Source: Planctomycetota bacterium | GTDB taxonomy: Bacteria > Planctomycetota > UBA8108 > SXIK01 | DNA length: 64,000 bases | Assembly: GCA_965223265.1 (NCBI GenBank) | Contig: OZ244999.1 | Coordinates: 1-64,000 of the forward strand | Direction: 5' to 3' | Shown here: one piece after another, positions 56,895 to 64,000 of the stretch | Position numbering within the stretch: position 1 is the stretch's first letter | How the letters are laid out: each line of letters starts with the position of its first letter | Program-made: the position numbers and the translations under genes | Notes under the pieces: model-generated | Databases searched by the model: none | What the model saw: the letters and a program-made list of their open reading frames with translations, nothing else | Told to the model about the DNA's origin: nothing

Positions 56895-59540
56895 CTACTG
56901 AACGCTGAGTAGCCCGTTCTCTTCGAAGAGGAACCACTGGACGCTGAGTTGCCCCTCCTCGACGACCCAAACCGCGTATTCCCCGCTCTTCAATCGGCGG
57001 CTTAGGACCCACGTGTCGCCGACTCGGACGCCTTCGCTCCAGCGCGGTAGTTCCGCGCTTGTCACGGGAGTCCCGTCGAAGCGAAACAGGGCGGTGAGTT
57101 TGTTCTCGCGCAAGAGAAGCGCGTCGCCATCTACGGCTACGGCATCGACCTCCGGCGGGATGCGCCACGTGAGGTGTTCCGCGCTCTCCACGTCGCGCCG
57201 AAAGATCGTCGCGGCTCCTCCCGGGCGCCAGCGGCAGACGACCTCAGCGCGATGTCCTATCGACCATGACGTCCCTGAGCGGCGTGGGAACTCTCGCAAG
57301 ACCCGTCCACTGCTATCCTGGATGTAGGCTCCGCATGAATCGCCGTAGAGCATGAACGTGTCGCTGTCCAGGCGTCGCCTGGTGAGAACTGAGAGACTCA
57401 GACACTCCTCTTCGGTACGCTCGACGATACGTCGGAGGCGTCGACCCAGGCTTGGGTTGAGCGGAGTGTCCGCGCTGGTCTGTGGCGTGCTGGTCTGTGG
57501 CGCGCTGGACTTGGGCTGTGTCTGCGGCCGGGGGACCCACTGCGGCTGGGTCGAGCCGCGGGAGTCGATCGGCATGGATTCTCCAGAGAGCTCGGCGGCC
57601 ACCGCTGAATCGTCGGCTGTCGCGGTTTGCCGCGCGTCGGTCCGTGTCAGCAGCGCCAACAGCTCGGCTGTCCGCTGCTCGTCTCGAGGCCCGTCGTGGG
57701 TGATCGAGATCGACTCGAGCGTTTCCTCAGCGGGCTCGTCAGTCGACCGCTGCATCGAGCTAATGAGAAGTTCGCCAATGGCGCCGCTCTCTGACCCAGC
57801 CTCGGCGAGGGGAGCGAACAGGGATCGCGGGTCGAGACCTCCGGCGCCTTCGGCCGGAACGTCGATGAGATAGTCAGACGGGAGTCCTAGTTCTTCGTTG
57901 ATCGGGCTCGAAATGTTTCCAGGTGGTGGCGCGCTGGGGCGTAGGCTGTTGGCGACGACGCTGATCGTGCGCTTGAACCAGTTGCCCTCGTTCTCTGCCG
58001 TCGTTTCCGCGGAGGCAGTTGCGAGCGCCGGGGGCAGCCAGCGATCTAGAAATCCCCCGAGATAGAGGAGGATCCCGAGGACAGCAAGGAGGGCGGCTGT
58101 CGAGAGCAGTCGGAACCTGCTACGACGACGAGAGCGTTTGCTGCCCGAGTTTGGCGCGCTTGAGCTAGAGTGTGGCGCGGCGGCCGACGTCTTGGCCGCT
58201 TTCTTCTCAGCCTCCTGGCCGTATTCCTGAAGCAACCGATGAGCTACCATGTTTCCCTGATCCAAGGCGACTGCCTGCTTCAGAAGTAACGTGGCGTGGC
58301 CCGTTTCGCCTCGATCTTGAAGGAGCTTCGCGACGCGAAGGTACTCGTGTGCGGCTTCTTTGATCTCGCCGCGCTGCGCGAGCTGCGAGGCTCGGATCTC
58401 CAGGACGGCGGTTTCCATGCCGCGCACTTCTTCGAGAATTCGGACGCAGTCATCGACGGTCTCTTCGAGCCCCTTCTCTGAGAGGACCTGGAGGTGATTG
58501 ACTGCCAGTTGCTTGAGTTCGGCGAGGACGCCGTTGTTGACGTAGGCTTCCACACACTGCTCGAACGCCGTCACGTTCTCAGGTTGAAGGCTCAGAGCTT
58601 CCTTGTAGCGGCGTGTCGCGACGGACCAATTTTTAGCAACGGCCGCAGATCGCGCTAACTCTTCCAGTTGCGCCGCTGCTTTTTCATACTGATGCGTCTT
58701 GCGATAGAGCGACGCAAGGCGCTCTCGGGCGGAGTCCTTTTCGACCAAGTGGCGCAGGCTGTCCTCGAGCGTCGCGATCTCGATCTCGGGTGTCATCCTT
58801 TGTGCGCGCTCGTGCGAGAGCGTCACCATCTTGCGCTCCGCGAGCGAGACGATGCTCTCGTAGAGCTCCGTGAGAGGCATTCCGGAGCGCCGCCACAGCT
58901 GACCTACCTGAATCCTCTCGCCGCAGAGGCTGAGCAACCGCTGCACTTCAGGTGGCTCTTGGCGACTCGATTTTTTGCCACCAAACGTGACAGTCACGCC
59001 GACCGTGTCATCTCGCACGATGTGGCGGAGTTTACGCCAGCGGCTCAACCATTTGGTGACGTCCCGCGCCAGTTTCTTCGTGTCGACGGTGGCCTGAAGA
59101 ACTTCGCGGTCGCCGCGAAAGAGTTCCTTCGGCGGCTGGCCTTCGTCGATGCGATAGCGTGCGCCTTTCCAAAAGACAAGCTCGCAAAGGTCGTCGCAGA
59201 CGAGTCGTGCCGTGAGGTCGTCGTATTCCTCTCGCGTCAGAACTTCTTTTGTGATGAGGACGTCGCGAAGGCTGGAGCGGAGGGTTCTCTGCTCTTCAAG
59301 GATTTCGTGTAGCAGATCGATCGGGATTTCCTGTGACTCGACCAGCGTCCCCATCAGTCCCGCCCCACACCGCGGACCGACCGAGAGGGCTCTGACGCCG
59401 CCCTTGACGCAGTAAAACAAGCGTTCGCTGCTGCCGTCGGTGACGTGAAGCGTCTTCGCGGTTTCGACGCGCGCGGCGTCATTCAGGAAGGCTTGGAGGG
59501 CGTCTGGAGAGAACGGCTGAGACCGCTCTGCTGCTTTCAT
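56895..59540 (-). CDS. DUF4388-like N-terminal domain + TPR + single TM + extracytoplasmic domain protein
   Basis: TLHV.DG...FY...GG, LV.W..A.Y, TPR units, TM LLAVLGILLYLGGF; ATG 59540 with GGAG RBS. Confidence 0.65.
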   Translation of the reverse strand: MKAAERSQPFSPDALQAFLNDAARVETAKTLHVTDGSSERLFYCVKGGVRALSVGPRCGAGLMGTLVESQEIPIDLLHEILEEQRTLRSSLRDVLITKEVLTREEYDDLTARLVCDDLCELVFWKGARYRIDEGQPPKELFRGDREVLQATVDTKKLARDVTKWLSRWRKLRHIVRDDTVGVTVTFGGKKSSRQEPPEVQRLLSLCGERIQVGQLWRRSGMPLTELYESIVSLAERKMVTLSHERAQRMTPEIEIATLEDSLRHLVEKDSARERLASLYRKTHQYEKAAAQLEELARSAAVAKNWSVATRRYKEALSLQPENVTAFEQCVEAYVNNGVLAELKQLAVNHLQVLSEKGLEETVDDCVRILEEVRGMETAVLEIRASQLAQRGEIKEAAHEYLRVAKLLQDRGETGHATLLLKQAVALDQGNMVAHRLLQEYGQEAEKKAAKTSAAAPHSSSSAPNSGSKRSRRRSRFRLLSTAALLAVLGILLYLGGFLDRWLPPALATASAETTAENEGNWFKRTISVVANSLRPSAPPPGNISSPINEELGLPSDYLIDVPAEGAGGLDPRSLFAPLAEAGSESGAIGELLISSMQRSTDEPAEETLESISITHDGPRDEQRTAELLALLTRTDARQTATADDSAVAAELSGESMPIDSRGSTQPQWVPRPQTQPKSSAPQTSTPQTSADTPLNPSLGRRLRRIVERTEEECLSLSVLTRRRLDSDTFMLYGDSCGAYIQDSSGRVLREFPRRSGTSWSIGHRAEVVCRWRPGGAATIFRRDVESAEHLTWRIPPEVDAVAVDGDALLLRENKLTALFRFDGTPVTSAELPRWSEGVRVGDTWVLSRRLKSGEYAVWVVEEGQLSVQWFLFEENGLLSVQ

Positions 59541-59630
59541 GGTCGCTCCGATGCGCAATAGACCTAGCGTCAAAGGGGCTCAGGCGAGCTGGTATCGAAG
59601 AGTACCCTGAACGTGCGACAACGGCTGCCC

Positions 59631-59803
59631 CTGCCGTTGTGGCAGTGTGGCGTGACTCTGAGCGATTTGCGGCGCCTTTCGGTGTTGGGGTGCCGCCATT
59701 ATGGCAGCTACGGGAGTGGGTGAAAGGAGCCGTGGGAGGTCTATAAGTTGTTGTTTCGAAGCATTTTATGATTTGTTCTCGCGCTCATGGCACGACAGAT
59801 GCT
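59631..59803 (+). promoter_or_regulatory. Putative sigma54 promoter with IHF-like site and two upstream palindromes
   Basis: TGGCACGACAGATGCT (GG-N10-GC) at 59788-59803; TAAGTTGTTGTTT at 59744-59756; CTGCCGTTGTGGCAG at 59631 and CCGCCATTATGGCAG at 59693. Confidence 0.65.
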
Positions 59804-59906
59804 GTTTAAGCTCAACAAACGCAAAAAACGCCGTCGTGGTGGACGGCGCAACCAACTCAGAGATTCCCTGGAACTTCCCATTCCACGCTTGCACGGAGGA
59901 ACACTT

Positions 59907-60344
59907 ATGAACCTTTCACTCGCACGCAGAGGAGACTTTTTCGACCACTTGCAACGTGAGGTGGATCAGCTGTTCGGCGACTTCTTTGGTGTCCGACCGT
60001 TGAGCCCTTCACACCGCGGCACGTTCGCGGCGATCAATTCGTGGGAGGACGACGACAACGTTTATGTCGAGTCTGAGATTCCCGGACTGCGCCAGGATCA
60101 GTTCGAAGTGCACGTCGTCGGCGACGAACTCACGATCACCGGTGAGCGCCGGCTCCCGGACGAGGGCGGCGAAGGCCAGAAGCGCCACCGTGCCGAGCGT
60201 TTTCACGGTAAGTTCAGCCGCACGGTCACGCTGCCGGTCGCAGTCAACCCAGAGGGAGCTGAAGCCAAACTGGAAAACGGTGTGTTGACGATCCGTTTGC
60301 CGAAGAGCGGTCTGTCAAAGGCACGAAAGATCAGTGTCGAGTGA
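59907..60344 (+). CDS. Small heat-shock protein Hsp20
   Basis: ATG 59907 after GGAGG; EIPG, LTITGER, ERFHGKFSRTVTLP, A.LENGVLTIRLPK. Confidence 0.92.
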   Translation: MNLSLARRGDFFDHLQREVDQLFGDFFGVRPLSPSHRGTFAAINSWEDDDNVYVESEIPGLRQDQFEVHVVGDELTITGERRLPDEGGEGQKRHRAERFHGKFSRTVTLPVAVNPEGAEAKLENGVLTIRLPKSGLSKARKISVE

Positions 60345-60382
60345 CAATGGACGTAGGATCCAGCTAGAGGAGTTGATTGACC

Positions 60383-60757
60383 ATGAACGAAAACATTCAC
60401 ACCCCAGCCGCGGTGACGCAAGCATCGACGCGGCGGCCGTATCTTCCCGACGTTGACATCGTCGAAACGGAAACCGAGCTCGTAGCGATCGTCGACCTTC
60501 CCGGAGTTCAGAAGGAGAGAATCGACCTGCGGTTCGAGGGCGGCATCTTGACCATCAAAGCTACCGCGACGTCGCGGCCAGCTGACGATGTGCGGTACGC
60601 CTCTCGCGAGTACGTGGTTGGCGATTTCGAACGCACGTTCGAGGTGCGCGAGCCGGTGGACGCCGAGAAACTGTCCGCTCAGTTCACGGACGGCGTGCTG
60701 ACAGTTTCGCTCCCCAAGAGAGCTGCGGCGCAGCGTCGCAAAATTGACGTAAACTGA
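60383..60757 (+). CDS. Small heat-shock protein Hsp20 (second copy)
   Basis: PDVDIVET, DLPGV, GDFERTF, A..TDGVLTVSLPK; GAGGAG RBS. Confidence 0.92.
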   Translation: MNENIHTPAAVTQASTRRPYLPDVDIVETETELVAIVDLPGVQKERIDLRFEGGILTIKATATSRPADDVRYASREYVVGDFERTFEVREPVDAEKLSAQFTDGVLTVSLPKRAAAQRRKIDVN

Positions 60758-60822
60758 CCGCAGCACCATTGCGACTGCGGTGATGCGCGTGTAGGTTGAC
60801 GAACTCGTAGAGAAAGAGTGGT

Positions 60823-62415
60823 GTGGAAACACCACTCTTTTTTTCTGCCTACCCTCCTGAGTCCGGGAGTCGTCCTGCTGTGTTCGCCTCTCACGATCAA
60901 CAGACCTTGGCGTCGTACGGGATTGCGGTCGCCGAAGCAGAGCGTCAAGTCGAGCTCCTCCGCCGCCCACGTCCGTATCGGACGCTCGTACGGCCTTGCA
61001 CGCTCGGTGACGGTATCCACCCGTGGCGTCCCGCCGAACAGGAGGACGCGGTCGCCGCGGCCGAGATGGCGATTCCCCAGTGCCGCCTAGTTCGGTTCGT
61101 GCCTGCGTCCGGCGCCGCGACACGCATGTTCGATTTTTTGACGCGTGCGGTGATCTCGAAAGGCTTGAGCGAGGAGGAAGTGGCGGTACTCGCGGACAAG
61201 GGTGACGCTGATGCCGCCGCTGCGCAGCGTTTCTTCACGCACCTCCAGGAATTCGCGTTTTGGCCGGAGCTGCAAAGCTCCTTGTCGGCAACCTCTGGCG
61301 CGACGGGTGCCAGCTGGAAGGAGATCGTCCATGCACTACTCGATGAGCGACAACTCGGCTACAGCCTGCTCCCGAAAGGGTTGGCGCTATTTCACCGCGA
61401 CGCTGAGGGTGGACGAACGGCGTTCGACGAGCATTTGACGGAGGCTACGCTCGTCGCCTCGGGAGCCGACGTGTGTGCCATTCACTTTACAATCCAAGAG
61501 GAACATCGCGGTTACTTCACAAAGCGGCTTGAGGAAACGACAGCGCGCCTGAAGCAAAGTGGCGCTCCGCAGCTCGAGGTGGAGTTTTCGACGCAACCTC
61601 GAAGCACGATGACCTTGGCGCTGACCAGCGATCGTGAGCCATGTCGCCTCGCCGATGGGAGCCTTCTCCTGCGTCCCGGAGGGCACGGGTCGCTGATCCA
61701 GAACTTGGCTGCGATTGAGGCCGATGTTGCCTACTTGGGTAACATTGACAACGTTGTCCCGCCGCAGCGTATGAGTGAGGTCGTGCGCTGGCGGAAGGTT
61801 CTCATTGGGAGGCTTGCCGAGCTACAGAACCGTGCGCGCGGCTGGCTCGCATCGCTCACGCCGCACGCCGAGAGCGTCGAGCTTGACCGTGTCGCCGGCG
61901 AACTTCACGCCACGTTCGGATGTGATCTCGGCGACGATTTTGCCGCCCTGCCTGTCTCGAAGCGCCGGCTGCTCCTGGAGACCGAGTTGAGGCGACCGAT
62001 GCGGGTCTGCGGCGTCGTGAAGAACGTGGGTGAGCCCGGCGGTGGTCCCTTTTGGGTGCGAGGCACTGACGGGCGAGTGAGCCTGCAGATCGTTGAGGGT
62101 GCCGAAGTCGACCGAGCCGACGATGGGCAGAAGAGCATCTTCGCCGCTGCCACTCACTTCAATCCCGTCAATATGGCGTGTGCGTTGAAAGATCCTGAAG
62201 GGCGGCCGCTCGCACTGAGTGATTTCGTCGACGAGTCAGCCGTCATGATCAGCAACAAATCAGAGCGCGGCCAGGCGCTCACGGTCCTGGAGCATCCCGG
62301 GCTCTGGAACGGTGCCATGAGTCGCTGGCTGACTGCGTTCGTCGAGATTCCACTCAGCACGTTCAATCCCGTCAAGGTAGTGAACGACCTGCTGCGTGAA
62401 GCGCATCAGCCCTAG
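60823..62415 (+). CDS. DUF4301 family protein (nucleotidyltransferase-like fold)
   Basis: FVPASGAATRMF, LPKGL, RPGGHGSLI.NL, NIDNV, RPMRVCGVVKN.GEPGGGPFW, THFNPV, PGLWNGAM, FNPVK.VNDLL. Confidence 0.88.
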   Translation: METPLFFSAYPPESGSRPAVFASHDQQTLASYGIAVAEAERQVELLRRPRPYRTLVRPCTLGDGIHPWRPAEQEDAVAAAEMAIPQCRLVRFVPASGAATRMFDFLTRAVISKGLSEEEVAVLADKGDADAAAAQRFFTHLQEFAFWPELQSSLSATSGATGASWKEIVHALLDERQLGYSLLPKGLALFHRDAEGGRTAFDEHLTEATLVASGADVCAIHFTIQEEHRGYFTKRLEETTARLKQSGAPQLEVEFSTQPRSTMTLALTSDREPCRLADGSLLLRPGGHGSLIQNLAAIEADVAYLGNIDNVVPPQRMSEVVRWRKVLIGRLAELQNRARGWLASLTPHAESVELDRVAGELHATFGCDLGDDFAALPVSKRRLLLETELRRPMRVCGVVKNVGEPGGGPFWVRGTDGRVSLQIVEGAEVDRADDGQKSIFAAATHFNPVNMACALKDPEGRPLALSDFVDESAVMISNKSERGQALTVLEHPGLWNGAMSRWLTAFVEIPLSTFNPVKVVNDLLREAHQP

Positions 62416-62471
62416 TTGTCTCCGCGAGTAGTGTCCGACCCCCAACGCCGAACCGTGTTGACCTGATCGCC

Positions 62472-64000
62472 TCACGACTTCTGTCTCGCCATGCGCCGGT
62501 AGCTCGTCTTGCGGAATTTCGTCGGCGCGGTGCCCGACGCTTCATGCTCGCGCTTACGAATCTCGAAGTAAGTCTCGAAGTTACCGTCGAACTGTCGCAC
62601 GCGGCCATCGTCTTCAAAGACGAGCACCGAGTTGACGATGCGGTCGAGAAAGAAGCGATCGTGAGAGACAACCAGCGCCGACCCCGCGAACGACAGCAAA
62701 GCCTCCTCCAAGATGCGGAGCGTTTCGAGGTCGAGATCGTTCGTCGGTTCGTCGAGAAGGATAAGATTCGCGCCGCGTCGTAGAGTCTTCGCCAGCAGAA
62801 GGCGGTTGCGCTCGCCACCCGAGAGCTTGCCGACGGGAGTTTGTTGCTGGCCGCCTTTGAACTGAAAGCCCGAGAGGTACTCGCGGATGTGATATTCGCG
62901 CGAGCCAACTTGGATAACGTCTCGGCCTTCCGAGATGGTCTCGTAGACGGTTAAGTCGGGGTCGAGGTCTTCCCGCGTTTGATCCACGTAAGTCGGCGTC
63001 ACCGATTCTCCGAGCTCGATTTTGCCGCGGTCTGGTGTCTCTTTGCCGAGGATCATGCGAAATAGCGTCGTCTTGCCTGCACCATTCGGGCCGGTAATTC
63101 CCATGATTTCTCCGGGACCGAGCTCGAGGCTGAGCCCATCCATGAGCGTCCGATCTCCATACGTTTTCGAGATGTTTTCGATACTGAGCACCTTATTGCC
63201 CAGGCGCGGACCTTGTGGCAGGACGAGATTGACTTTCCCCATGCGCTCTTCGGGCGATGCCTCGAGGAGCTTGTGGTAGTTCTTGACGCGCGCTTTGTTC
63301 TTCGACTGCCGAGCCTGCGGCGTGCTGTTGAGCCACTCGAGTTCTTGCTTCAGGATTTTCTGTCGCCGCTCTTCGTGGCGTGATTTTGTCGCGAGGATTT
63401 CATTCTTACGCTCGAGATAGTCGGTGTAGTTGCCCTGGAAGATCGTCAGCGCTCCATTCTCCACCTCGACCATGTAGTTGGCGACGTTGTCGAGAAAGTA
63501 GCGATCGTGCGTCACCATGACGACCGTCCCGGGGTAGCGTTCGATAAACACCTCAAGCCACTCGACGGTGGCGGCGTCGAGGTGGTTCGTCGGTTCATCG
63601 AGAAACAGGAGGTCGGGCTGCGAAATGAGTTCTCGGCAAAGCGCTACGCGCCGTTTTTCGCCGCCGGACAGCTGGCTGACGTCGGAGTCGCCTGGCGGAA
63701 CCCGGAGGGCTTCCATGGCGACCTCGAGCTGGTGCTCAAGCTCCCAGCCGCCCTTTCTCTCGATCTCGTCCTGTAGGCGACCCATCTTTTCCATGAGCTT
63801 GTCGAATTTTTCAGGGTCCGACTCGGTGCCCATCAACTCGCTCACCTCGTTGAAGTCGTCGACGAGCTTTTGAATGTGAGCGACCCCTTCTTCGATGTTC
63901 TCGCGCACGGTCTTTGACGCATCGAGCGGCGGTTCCTGCTCGACGTAGCCGACGCGGATGCTTGGTGCGTGGCGTACCGATCCGCCGATTTCCGTATCGA
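62472..64000 (-). CDS. ettA: ABC-F ATPase, EttA-like; 5' end beyond the window
   Basis: LSGGEKRRVALC, LDEPTNHLD, THDRYFLD, GNY, ARQSKNKAR, GPNGAGKTT, LSGGERNR; the frame stays open to the window edge (RVGYVEQEPPLD). Confidence 0.85.
   Translation of the reverse strand, partial: DTEIGGSVRHAPSIRVGYVEQEPPLDASKTVRENIEEGVAHIQKLVDDFNEVSELMGTESDPEKFDKLMEKMGRLQDEIERKGGWELEHQLEVAMEALRVPPGDSDVSQLSGGEKRRVALCRELISQPDLLFLDEPTNHLDAATVEWLEVFIERYPGTVVMVTHDRYFLDNVANYMVEVENGALTIFQGNYTDYLERKNEILATKSRHEERRQKILKQELEWLNSTPQARQSKNKARVKNYHKLLEASPEERMGKVNLVLPQGPRLGNKVLSIENISKTYGDRTLMDGLSLELGPGEIMGITGPNGAGKTTLFRMILGKETPDRGKIELGESVTPTYVDQTREDLDPDLTVYETISEGRDVIQVGSREYHIREYLSGFQFKGGQQQTPVGKLSGGERNRLLLAKTLRRGANLILLDEPTNDLDLETLRILEEALLSFAGSALVVSHDRFFLDRIVNSVLVFEDDGRVRQFDGNFETYFEIRKREHEASGTAPTKFRKTSYRRMARQKS

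Noticed and set aside
57476-57510. 15-bp tandem repeat
   Set aside because: In-frame PQTS linker duplication inside a coding region.

Overview
GC-rich bacterial chromosomal segment, most consistent with a Planctomycetota genome. This is an inference from the H4MPT/methanofuran C1 gene set, three giant exported proteins with C-terminal dockerin-like tails, and DUF1080, CRTAC1/ASPIC-UnbV and DUF4388-TPR proteins. The backbone is a tetrahydromethanopterin/methylofuran-linked C1 (formaldehyde) pathway split into three sub-clusters: orf21/orf9/orf1/orf17-like genes at 1-6.7 kb; pabB, orf20, pterin dehydratase, an atypical SDR, PTPS, orf7, orf5 and mch at 21.5-30 kb; orfY, fae and mtd at 51-54.7 kb. 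Most notable observations: (1) a signal-peptide-bearing 1834-aa protein fusing FG-GAP repeats to a phosphohistidine plus PEP-synthase/dikinase-type ATP-grasp module, next to an exported CotH-type kinase, both with the same dockerin-like tail (candidate extracytoplasmic phosphorylation system); (2) a B12-dependent diol dehydratase with fused large+medium subunits, no adjacent reactivase or BMC genes, and a natural Gln->Ala change at an active-site position; (3) a Tyr-less SDR plus a CExxHGH-type PTPS bracketed by two inverted copies of a ~177-bp palindromic MITE-like element, with further relics elsewhere; (4) a sigma54-type promoter architecture upstream of tandem Hsp20 genes. No rRNA, tRNA, CRISPR array or transposase was seen. 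All family calls are from motif recognition by eye, without database searches.
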